A stretch of DNA of 64,000 nt from Candidatus Nanohaloarchaea archaeon (GTDB lineage: Archaea; Nanohalarchaeota; Nanosalinia; Nanosalinales; Nanosalinaceae), in NCBI GenBank assembly GCA_041640035.1, contig JBEQBC010000001.1, positions 32,001 to 96,000 of the forward strand, read 5' to 3'. The position numbers were made by a program, and so were the translations under genes. This document shows, piece by piece, positions 29,567 through 38,228 of this stretch (its first letter is position 1; every line of letters begins with the position of its first letter). Under the pieces are notes generated by a model. The model was not told where the DNA came from. It ran no database searches and saw only the letters and a program-made list of their open reading frames with translations.

Positions 29567-30433
29567 ATGAGAACAAAGATACTGCTGACCGCAGTTTTAG
29601 TCAGTTTATTCGTGTTCTCTGCATCCGCATTCAGTCTTTTCGACACAGGAACAGGAAAAGCAGCTGTAATCCAGCTTAACGGCCCAATTCAGCCAACACA
29701 GGCAACAGGTCTGGGGTCAACAGCTGGAATATCTCCTGAACAGGTCAGAGAGATGAACAGCAAGGCTGAAAGCCAGAATGTAGACGCAATCGTCTACGAG
29801 ATCAATTCTGGTGGCGGAGCAGTAGTGGCGTCCAAGGAAGTCAAGAGATCTATCGAAAATGTAGAAGTTCCGACAGTCTGCAGGTTCAGAGACCTTGCAG
29901 CGTCAGGAGCATATCTCTTCTCACTTGGATGCGACAGGATCGTAGCTGATTCAGCCTCAGTAACAGGAAGCATTGGTGTAAGAGCTTCCTACCTTGAGTT
30001 CTCCGACCTTATCGAGGAATACGGAATCACATATGTGAATGTGACTGCGGGAGAGTTCAAGGACACAGGCTCACAGTTCAAGGAACCTTCAGAAGCCGAA
30101 AGACAGGAACTTAAGGAAAGAGTAGAGATTGTTCATGAAGAGTTCACTGAGATGGTTAAAGAAGGTAGAGATCTTAACCAGTCAGAAGTAGATGAAGTAG
30201 CAACTGGAGAAATCTTCCTTGGAGAACAGGCCAACGAAATGGACCTAGTAGACAATCTAGGAGGTAGAGAAACAGCCTACGAAGCCGCAGAGAACATTAC
30301 AGGGAAAGAACTGAACTTCGTATCACTGGAACAGACAGAGGAATTTAATCCCTTCACTCTGTTCATCAGTTCATTGTTCCCCGACTTCAATCTTAACAGC
30401 CAGGGATCTGTCCTCAGGGCAGAGTACCCTTAA
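29567..30433 (+). CDS. sppA: Signal peptide peptidase SppA (S49)
   Basis: INSGGG; AASGAY; TGSIGV; GEFKD; signal peptide. Confidence 0.93.
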   Translation: MRTKILLTAVLVSLFVFSASAFSLFDTGTGKAAVIQLNGPIQPTQATGLGSTAGISPEQVREMNSKAESQNVDAIVYEINSGGGAVVASKEVKRSIENVEVPTVCRFRDLAASGAYLFSLGCDRIVADSASVTGSIGVRASYLEFSDLIEEYGITYVNVTAGEFKDTGSQFKEPSEAERQELKERVEIVHEEFTEMVKEGRDLNQSEVDEVATGEIFLGEQANEMDLVDNLGGRETAYEAAENITGKELNFVSLEQTEEFNPFTLFISSLFPDFNLNSQGSVLRAEYP

Positions 30434-31290
30434 GGCTTTTCTTTCTTATCAGGTCCTTCAGGTGCCTCTGGTTCTTCAGAGTGATGCCACAGCATCTCGA
30501 ACATAGGGCTTAGAGTTTCTTCTGCCATGTGGCTGCTCTTGCTCCAGAACGCTGTATCCTGAGTAGAATGAACCTGATCGTGGGTCATCGACATTGTTAG
30601 TGCGTTGTCGTCGATGATTGAGAACCGTCCGTTCGGTATATCGAACTTCTCGATCTCCTCTGTCTCCACATTTCTAACCTGTGCGACTTCAGAGATGTCC
30701 GCGACTGCGTCTTGGTTCTCGTCTGTATGTGGTGCGAGTATTCTTACTTCAACTCCCTGTTCCTTTGCTTCCTGAAGAAGGTCGTAATGGTTGTCTCGAA
30801 TGTTCTTGACTCCTTCTTCGGAGGTCATTATCTTTATACTGTCATCAGCTTCCTGGAACATTGTTCCCATGTGCTGATGGATCTGGTGTGTTCCCTTGAG
30901 GCTTCCGCTCATTTCTGCAGGGTCAACAAGCTCTACTCCCTGATCGTAAAGGTTCTCAAGTTCAGCTACTGCTTCTGAGTCCTTGAAGTCGTCTAGTTTA
31001 TCCATCTTGTCTTCAAGTTCTCTCTGGTGCTGTTTCTTAATATTCTCAATTGCCTGTGCTGGAGGGATAGAAACATACTCCATTGGCTGAGATGATTTGA
31101 TTACTGCAAATCCTTTTTCTGCCAGAGATTCCAGTACATCGTAGGCTCTGGATCTCGGGACATTTGTCATCTCGGATAGCTCTCCGGCTGTTGATACACC
31201 TCTGCCTAGTAGTGCAGAGTAAATTTTCCTCTCATACATATTCAATCCGATATCTTCCAGAGCGTCTAATGTTTCCTGGCTTGCGACCAT
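30430..31290 (-). CDS. TrmB family transcriptional regulator
   Basis: GLNMYE.KIY.ALL...TAGELS....VPRSRAYDVL.SL..KGF plus PLD-like effector domain. Confidence 0.93.
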   Translation of the reverse strand: MVASQETLDALEDIGLNMYERKIYSALLGRGVSTAGELSEMTNVPRSRAYDVLESLAEKGFAVIKSSQPMEYVSIPPAQAIENIKKQHQRELEDKMDKLDDFKDSEAVAELENLYDQGVELVDPAEMSGSLKGTHQIHQHMGTMFQEADDSIKIMTSEEGVKNIRDNHYDLLQEAKEQGVEVRILAPHTDENQDAVADISEVAQVRNVETEEIEKFDIPNGRFSIIDDNALTMSMTHDQVHSTQDTAFWSKSSHMAEETLSPMFEMLWHHSEEPEAPEGPDKKEKP

Positions 31291-31437
31291 TTTTTGGGTT
31301 ACACCTATCTAATAAATTGTTCACTAAAGGTAGTTATAAACCTTTTTCCCGGTAGTTACAGAGCTTGATTACTCTGCAGGGAAAAAACAATCAACTACCT
31401 TTTTTGTTATCCTGTAGTAAATACTATACTTGAATTC

Positions 31438-32079
31438 TTATAAAACCTTTCTGATCTTCCTCTTCAAACGGTCCACAATACCGCCTGCCTTCTTCCCGTA
31501 AATCCGTCTCTCCTCACGGATACCGTCCCACTCCACACTGTCAAACGCACTTCCGACCTGACTACCGTACTCATCATACGAAACCAATTCATTCATACCG
31601 AACTTCTGCTCAATAGGAACAGGATTATCCGTATAACCAAAGCTTACAACCGCAACAGCCTCCTTACTCGAAGGAGCATTAAACATCTCACCTACATCCT
31701 GACGGTTGAAACCTGAAAGCCACAAACTGCTTAAATCGTTCTCGGAAGCCACAATACGCATATTCTGCACGCTACATGCTGCCTCCGAGTTCGCAGCACT
31801 CACCGCTTCCTCACCAAGATTCCTCTTCGCACGGCTCATATCAACCAGTACAACAACAGAGGTCGGAGCCTTCTTAACCCGCTTATCATCTACAGCTGCG
31901 GAAAGCGACTGAAGCTTGTCATCGTCCTCCACGACAATAAACTCGAGAAGGTTGGTATTCCTCGGTGAAGGTGTTTGACGGGCTGCTTCAAGCACTCTTC
32001 CCATGACTTTCCGTGGGATTACCTCGTCTCTGCAGTTTCTGAAACTTGTTATGCTTCTTACGGATTCAAGCGAACTCAT
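31438..32079 (-). CDS. Nitroreductase family protein
   Basis: S.R.....IP......VLEAARQTPS..N...EFIVV; QNM.IVA...L.S.W. Confidence 0.85.
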   Translation of the reverse strand: MSSLESVRSITSFRNCRDEVIPRKVMGRVLEAARQTPSPRNTNLLEFIVVEDDDKLQSLSAAVDDKRVKKAPTSVVVLVDMSRAKRNLGEEAVSAANSEAACSVQNMRIVASENDLSSLWLSGFNRQDVGEMFNAPSSKEAVAVVSFGYTDNPVPIEQKFGMNELVSYDEYGSQVGSAFDSVEWDGIREERRIYGKKAGGIVDRLKRKIRKVL

Positions 32080-32145
32080 GTTTCTACAGGTTAATTTTGG
32101 TTTCCGTCACCGTTTAAACATTCCCCCAACCAATTCTTCCACGGG

Positions 32146-33819
32146 ATGGAATACGCAGAGGTCGCCAAGACATTCGAAGAACTCGAATCCACACAGAAGA
32201 CACTGGAGAAGACAACCATACTGGCAGAACTGTTCCAGCAATCAGGAGATGAACTACCTGAAGTCGTACTTCTATCAACAGGTAACCCATTCCCCTCCTG
32301 GAAAAACAAGGACCTAGGTGTCTCAAGCAAGACACTCGTAAAAATAATATCCAAAGCAACAGGCCGTTCTGAAGACGAGATAACACAGGAATGGAAGGAA
32401 CAAGGAGACCTTGGTCTGGCCGCAGAGACCATGGTCGAGAAGAAAACACAACAACGCCTCATGACACAGGAACTCACCGTTGAGAGAGTAGTTGAACGAC
32501 TTCGGAAGGTAGCTGGGCAAGACGCCGAAGGCCTGAGCCAGTCCGTAGACCAGGACAAGAAACAGAAAGAACTCGCAGATCTCATCTCATCAGCAGAACC
32601 AAAAGAAGCAAGGTACCTCGCAAGAATAATAATCAACAACCTCAGACTCGGAGTCGGAGAAGGAACAATCAGAGACGCACTAGCAGAAGCATTCTTCGAC
32701 GGCGAACACACAGAAGAAATACAACGCGCCTACGACTTCACCAACGACTTCGCAGAAGTAGCAAAGGCATGCAGAAAAGGAATAGAAGAAGTCAAATCGC
32801 TCAAACTTGAACTAGAAAGACCTGTAAAATCCATGCTCGCCAAAAAAGTCGAAACAATCGAAGAAGGATTCGAAGAGGTCGGAAAACCCGCGGCCATCGA
32901 CTACAAATACGACGGCATGCGTGCGCAGATACATATCAAAAATGGGGAAGTAACCGTATTCACTCGGAGACTGGAAGATGTAACAGAACAATTCCCGGAT
33001 GCAAAGAAGTATGTACAAGAAAATATCGACTCGGAGAACTGTATAATAGATGCAGAACTCGTAGCATACGACCCTGAGGACGGCTCCACAATACCTTTCC
33101 AGAGACTATCCAAACGGATCAAAAGAAAATACGATATACAGAAGCTGAAAGCCGAGATACCTATCGAGGTAAGACCTTTCGACCTGATCTACCACGGAGA
33201 ACCAATACTAGAACAGAGCTACTCCGAGAGATGGCAGAAACTGAAAGAAGTAGTAACCGAGGAAAAAAAAGAGCTGACACTGGTGGATCACGAGGAAACC
33301 AGCAGTGAGGAAACCGTCCAGGAGATGCAGCAGCGTTCACTGAGTGAAGGACACGAAGGCATAATGATGAAGAACCTGGAAGCAGAGTACAAACCAGGAA
33401 ACCGTGTAGGATACATGGTCAAACTCAAACCTGTTATGGAAACATTAGACCTTGCTATCGTTGGAGCAAAATGGAGCGAAGGAAGAAGAAGCGACTGGCT
33501 TGGAAGACTCTACCTCGGCTGCTACGACGAAGAAAACGACGAATACAAGGAGGTCGGAAAGATGGCAACCGGATTGACAGATGAACAGTTTAAGGAGATC
33601 ACGGAGAAGCTGAAGCCATTGATAATCAATGAAGATGGGAGAAAAGTGGATGTACGACCTGAAGTCATAGTTGAAGCAGAGTACGAGGAAATACAGGAAT
33701 CGCCTAACTACAGTTCAGGCTATGCGCTCCGTTTCCCGCGGATGAAACGGTTCCGTGAGGACAAGGAAGAAGCAGATACTCTTGAAAGACTGAAGAGCAT
33801 CTACGAATCACAGCAGTAA
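32146..33819 (+). CDS. lig: ATP-dependent DNA ligase
   Basis: YKYDGMRAQIH; EGIMMK; KLKP; ALRFPR. Confidence 0.97.
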   Translation: MEYAEVAKTFEELESTQKTLEKTTILAELFQQSGDELPEVVLLSTGNPFPSWKNKDLGVSSKTLVKIISKATGRSEDEITQEWKEQGDLGLAAETMVEKKTQQRLMTQELTVERVVERLRKVAGQDAEGLSQSVDQDKKQKELADLISSAEPKEARYLARIIINNLRLGVGEGTIRDALAEAFFDGEHTEEIQRAYDFTNDFAEVAKACRKGIEEVKSLKLELERPVKSMLAKKVETIEEGFEEVGKPAAIDYKYDGMRAQIHIKNGEVTVFTRRLEDVTEQFPDAKKYVQENIDSENCIIDAELVAYDPEDGSTIPFQRLSKRIKRKYDIQKLKAEIPIEVRPFDLIYHGEPILEQSYSERWQKLKEVVTEEKKELTLVDHEETSSEETVQEMQQRSLSEGHEGIMMKNLEAEYKPGNRVGYMVKLKPVMETLDLAIVGAKWSEGRRSDWLGRLYLGCYDEENDEYKEVGKMATGLTDEQFKEITEKLKPLIINEDGRKVDVRPEVIVEAEYEEIQESPNYSSGYALRFPRMKRFREDKEEADTLERLKSIYESQQ

Positions 33820-33875
33820 ATCAAATTTCTTTTGAAGAAAAGATAGGGAGGAAAAAACAGGGGCTAAGCCCTTTT

Positions 33876-34268
33876 CTAATGTTTCTGAGCCTGATGGATC
33901 TTCATTCCGCGGGAAGTATCGAACTCTCTACCACATTCAGGGCATGCAAACTTTTCGCCGTTGCTGTCATCTGTCTGTGACTGCTCTGGCTCTGTCTGTG
34001 TTTCCTGAGTTTCTGTGGTTTCCTGTTCGGTGCTTCCTTCGTCGGAGGACTGGAACTGCTGCTGAATCTGATTTCTCTTGCTATCTTCTGTCTTTCTGAG
34101 TTTCCATTCATCGCTCTCCAGCCATACAATGAAAGCTCCAACAAGCACTAATAGAACCCCGATACTTCCTTTCAGAACTGTAAGAAGTTCTGCGCTGAAC
34201 TCTATTATAGAATAGAATCCAAGTACAACCATCAGGGCACCAATCAGTATCTTAAATGCTGGATGCAT
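33876..34268 (-). CDS. Two-TM membrane protein with C-terminal C2H2 zinc finger
   Basis: FACPECGREFDTSRGMKIHQAQKH; ATG at 34268. Confidence 0.8.
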   Translation of the reverse strand: MHPAFKILIGALMVVLGFYSIIEFSAELLTVLKGSIGVLLVLVGAFIVWLESDEWKLRKTEDSKRNQIQQQFQSSDEGSTEQETTETQETQTEPEQSQTDDSNGEKFACPECGREFDTSRGMKIHQAQKH

Positions 34269-34387
34269 GTTTGTATCACACAAGTGTAATAACAAAAAGT
34301 TCTTTTATGTGTTTGCCCTTGCAGCCGCCTCCAGTTAACAGGGTTTATAATAATTTCTCCATGAAATCCGTTACAGGAGAACTTAAA

Positions 34388-34963
34388 ATGAGTTACTACA
34401 AGTACGCCAAGGAGCAGTACGAACAGCCAAAAGAAAACCTCGACGAGCTCTGGCAGCAGAGACTTGTCGAATGGCGTGAACAAGGAGCAATCGAAAAAGT
34501 AGATAATCCAACACGGATTCCAAAAGCAAGACAACTAGGATACAAAGCCAAGAACGGCTTCACAGTATCAAGAGTAAGAATCAAGAAAGGAGCCTCCAAA
34601 AGAGAACGACCAAGCGGAGGAAGAAGACCAAAGAGATCAGGACAGAACCGATTCAGTCCTAAGAAATCCAAGCAAAGGATCGCAGAAGAAAGAGCATCCG
34701 ACAAGTTCAGCAACCTAACAGTACTGAGCAGCTACTGGGTAGCAGAAGACGGAACCTACAAATGGTACGAAGTACTCATGGTCGACCCAGAACATCCAGA
34801 GATTGAAGCAGACGACGATATCAACTGGATCGCAGACCAGAAGGACCGAGCAGTCAGAGGAAAGACTCCGGAAGGAAGAAAGAACCGCGGACTCCAGAAC
34901 CGTGGGAAAGGAGCAGAGAAAGCACGACCTTCAGGAGCAGCCAACGACAACAAGAACAAGTAA
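34388..34963 (+). CDS. rpl15e: 50S ribosomal protein L15e
   Basis: PTRI.KAR.LGYKAK.G; IAEERA; SYWVAEDG.YKWYEV; ATG at 34388. Confidence 0.97.
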   Translation: MSYYKYAKEQYEQPKENLDELWQQRLVEWREQGAIEKVDNPTRIPKARQLGYKAKNGFTVSRVRIKKGASKRERPSGGRRPKRSGQNRFSPKKSKQRIAEERASDKFSNLTVLSSYWVAEDGTYKWYEVLMVDPEHPEIEADDDINWIADQKDRAVRGKTPEGRKNRGLQNRGKGAEKARPSGAANDNKNK

Positions 34964-35061
34964 AACGCTCTCTTCTTTTTCCCTTACTTCATTTCTGCCC
35001 TATCTATTTTCTCCACGCTTCTTGATTCAGAAATATTAAACTGGCTCACAATTTTCTATCC

Positions 35062-35607
35062 ATGACTTTCTACGATATAGCCGTGAAAAACCCTGAACTA
35101 CAGAATTATATGGAGGAACTAGGCTGGAAAACAGAAGTATTCCAGGTAGATAGAAACTTCATCACCTCAAATGACTGGGGTGAAGTCAAGCAACAGGTGA
35201 AAAAAGGAGACGGATTACAGATACTGGAGTCACCGGATCCAGACCTGATGAGGAAAGCAGTCAAACTCGATGAACTTGATGCAGTCCTCGCACCTTATAG
35301 AGACAGGAAAGACGCAGGAATGAACCATGTAATCGCCAAAGCGGCAGAGAAAAACAACACCGCAGTAATACTAGCATTTAGAGATCTTTTAGGTTCGTCC
35401 AAGAAAAGGACGCATATCCTGTCGCACTGGAGAACAATCATACGGCTATCAGACAAATACGGCTTCAAAACAGTTCTCGGTACAGGAGCAGAAAAAGAAA
35501 ACCAATTAAGGAATCCAAAAGACCTGCAGTCACTGATTAAAAATCTTGAAGCCGACTCCGAGATGCTCAAAAACAATCCGAGAGAAATAATAGGTGAATA
35601 CATGTGA
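35062..35607 (+). CDS. rnp3: RNase P protein Rpp30
   Basis: MNHVIAKAA.KNN; LRNPKDL; conserved synteny with rpl15e and pop5. Confidence 0.85.
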   Translation: MTFYDIAVKNPELQNYMEELGWKTEVFQVDRNFITSNDWGEVKQQVKKGDGLQILESPDPDLMRKAVKLDELDAVLAPYRDRKDAGMNHVIAKAAEKNNTAVILAFRDLLGSSKKRTHILSHWRTIIRLSDKYGFKTVLGTGAEKENQLRNPKDLQSLIKNLEADSEMLKNNPREIIGEYM

Positions 35608-35927
35608 AAAGGCTGCCTCCAAGCTTCCAGAAAGACCACAGATACCTCAAGTTCAAGATCAGGTCTGAAGAAGAGTTCGAATTCTCAGATGTAGTAGATG
35701 AGCTCTGGAACCAGATAGAAACAGATTTAGGCACGGTTCAGGCCAGCAAAGCCGATATATGGATAATAAAGAACAAGTTCGATCAAGAAGAACAGGAAGG
35801 AGTCATCAAAGTCAACAAAGAGATGGAAGATCAACTGAGAACAGCGCTTCTATTCCTTGAAGAAATTGACGGTAGGGATGCGTTCATCGATTTTGTAGGT
35901 TCTTCCGGGATGATTGAGAAACTTTAA
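35604..35927 (+). CDS. rnp2: RNase P protein Pop5/Rpp14
   Basis: KRLPPS....HRYL.F; GSSGMIEKL. Confidence 0.9.
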   Translation: MKRLPPSFQKDHRYLKFKIRSEEEFEFSDVVDELWNQIETDLGTVQASKADIWIIKNKFDQEEQEGVIKVNKEMEDQLRTALLFLEEIDGRDAFIDFVGSSGMIEKL

Positions 35928-36187
35928 CCTGTCATCTCGCCAAAGCTCTGGATATCGCTCCACATCTCGGTCAGTCCTTCGTATGATTCTCCGAATATTC
36001 CTGGCAGTTCGAAGCTCCGGGTAATATTCTTCCCGCTGGCAGGGTTCTCGCTGGTGACATTGTTGGAGAAACTTGGTCCGGTATTGAGAGGGCTTTCCGG
36101 TGCGTAGGTCAATAGGAATACTAGTACTACTGAGAGCATTATCATCAGCCAGATCAGAAGCACTAGTTGTCGCTGTTTCTCGTTCAT
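35924..36187 (-). CDS. Small membrane-anchored hypothetical protein
   Basis: N-terminal TM helix. Confidence 0.6.
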   Translation of the reverse strand: MNEKQRQLVLLIWLMIMLSVVLVFLLTYAPESPLNTGPSFSNNVTSENPASGKNITRSFELPGIFGESYEGLTEMWSDIQSFGEMTG

Positions 36188-36350
36188 AGCCCTGTAGCAA
36201 CCACTTGTCTTGCTTCGTATTTACAACTAATCTTTCAACTAGAAAACACCAACTCCTTTTAAAAGAGTTCCTTTATAAATCACTTATATAGTATATAAAT
36301 GGTTTATCTGTTTAACCCTGAAAAACAGAACTCAAAGGTGAAAAACAACA

Positions 36351-36896
36351 ATGGACGAAGATAACATCGACATACAGAATGTAGTTGCCTCCGCAACATT
36401 CGATCGACGACTCCCTCTCGACAGGATCGCAATCTACCTCGAAAACACTGAATACGAACCTGAACAGTTCCCGGGACTGGTATACCGGCTGAAAGATCCA
36501 AAAGCCGCAGCACTGCTCTTCGGCTCAGGAAAAATCGTCTGTACAGGAACCAAAAGCCCTGAACAGGCCAAAGAAGCAACACATAAGATAATTGACGAGC
36601 TTCGAGAAGCAGATGTAGAGATCGGAAACAAACCAGAAATCACAGTTCAGAACATCGTAGCATCCAGCCAGCTAGACGGCACACTCAACCTCAACAGGAT
36701 TGCCTTCGAACTGGTCGGAACAGAGTACGAACCTGAACAGTTCCCAGGACTAGTATACCGACTTGACGAACCAGAGGTAGTATTCCTTCTCTTCAGCTCC
36801 GGAAACCTGGTATGCACAGGCGGACGGACCTACGAAGATGTCAAAGAAGGAATCCAGACACTGGAAGAGAACCTCAAAGACATAGGAGCACTTTAA
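36351..36896 (+). CDS. tbp: TATA-binding protein
   Basis: Two repeats of NV/IVAS...EYEPEQFPGLVYRL...LLF.SG..VCTG. Confidence 0.98.
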   Translation: MDEDNIDIQNVVASATFDRRLPLDRIAIYLENTEYEPEQFPGLVYRLKDPKAAALLFGSGKIVCTGTKSPEQAKEATHKIIDELREADVEIGNKPEITVQNIVASSQLDGTLNLNRIAFELVGTEYEPEQFPGLVYRLDEPEVVFLLFSSGNLVCTGGRTYEDVKEGIQTLEENLKDIGAL

Positions 36897-36961
36897 AACC
36901 AATCTCCCACTCTCTTCCAAATTTTCTTTTACTTACTTTTTCTATAACTTGACCGATATCA

Positions 36962-37414
36962 ATGAACAATTTCCATGTAGCAGCCGGCGTAATAGCAGAA
37001 AATCAGGACGGAGAGATTCTCATGGTTCAGGAAGCCAAAGACCATGTAGAAGAAACCTGGAACTTTCCAGGTGGCCAACTAGAACAGGATGAAACACTCG
37101 AAGAATGCGCACACCGTGAATACAAAGAAGAAACAGGCTACGAAATCGATCTACAGAACCTTCTAGGAGTCTACATGGAGAAAAGCCACCGTACAGGCAA
37201 GACAGTCATAGTCTTCATGTACCGAGCAGAACTGGATGAAAAGATTAAACAGAGGGAGATGCAGGAAGAAATACTCGACCAAAACTTCTTCGATCCAGAA
37301 AACATCGCTCAACTGGACCTGAGGAAGGAAAACAGAAAGAAGATGTTGAAAGACTACAGAAACGGAAAGTCAATCTCCAAAGAGAGAGTAGTGGATACAC
37401 TCGAACAAAATTAA
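36962..37414 (+). CDS. NUDIX hydrolase
   Basis: WNFPGG.LE.DETLEECAHREYKEETG. Confidence 0.92.
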   Translation: MNNFHVAAGVIAENQDGEILMVQEAKDHVEETWNFPGGQLEQDETLEECAHREYKEETGYEIDLQNLLGVYMEKSHRTGKTVIVFMYRAELDEKIKQREMQEEILDQNFFDPENIAQLDLRKENRKKMLKDYRNGKSISKERVVDTLEQN

Positions 37415-37441
37415 TAATAGTTACTTCTCGACAACAACAGT

Positions 37442-37882
37442 ATGAGTCAGCGCCAACTCTTCACAGCACATCCTGATCCCGAAACCGAAACACTAGATCA
37501 GGACCTACAGGAGATAGAAGACCACATAACCTCCAGATACGGAATCTCAGATCAGCCTTACAGCGAAGTACCTTCGGTACATCCAGACTACACAGAGAAC
37601 ACCGGTCAAGGAGAAGTACACAACACTGTCACATACAGCGACAGGACAAATGAAGGCAAAAGAGATATAGCGGAAGATATACTAAGTATGAGTCCGGCAG
37701 AGTATGTCTCACTGGTGCATTCCTCCGATCACATGTGGGACGCAAACGGATGGGTCTACTTCCAGGAAGACGGAGAGCTCAGAAACGATGCATTCTTCGG
37801 AGAGGAAGATGAAGAAGGAAGAGATGTTAAACGAGATATCAGAGACGAGTTCGGGATCTCTACAAATGTCCCGTTCTTCTGA
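37442..37882 (+). CDS. Hypothetical protein
   Basis: 146-aa acidic ORF, host-like codon use. Confidence 0.65.
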   Translation: MSQRQLFTAHPDPETETLDQDLQEIEDHITSRYGISDQPYSEVPSVHPDYTENTGQGEVHNTVTYSDRTNEGKRDIAEDILSMSPAEYVSLVHSSDHMWDANGWVYFQEDGELRNDAFFGEEDEEGRDVKRDIRDEFGISTNVPFF

Positions 37883-38176
37883 TTAATCCATATCTCTCAA
37901 AGCCGACTCTATCAACTCAGCTACTTCCAAATCCTTTTCTGTGATAGTATTCTCTTCATGACTCCAGAGATCTATCTCGACAGCTCCGTACTCAACCATT
38001 ATCTCAGGATGATGGTTTTCCTCCTCGGCTACCTTGAAAACTTCATTAGCGAACTCGACACATTCCGAGTAACTTTCGAACTCGACCCGGGATGCGAGCT
38101 TACCGTTCTCTAAACCCCACATACTTAACTCATCAAGTTTCTCTTTCAACTTCTCATCAGATACTCTATCGGCCAT
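37883..38176 (-). CDS. Pterin-4-alpha-carbinolamine dehydratase family
   Basis: AEEENHHPEI.V.YG.V...LWSH....ITEKD. Confidence 0.92.
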   Translation of the reverse strand: MADRVSDEKLKEKLDELSMWGLENGKLASRVEFESYSECVEFANEVFKVAEEENHHPEIMVEYGAVEIDLWSHEENTITEKDLEVAELIESALRDMD

Positions 38177-38228
38177 AAACAACCTTCTATGTTAACACTT
38201 TTTCACTTTTACCGAACAAACAAAATAT

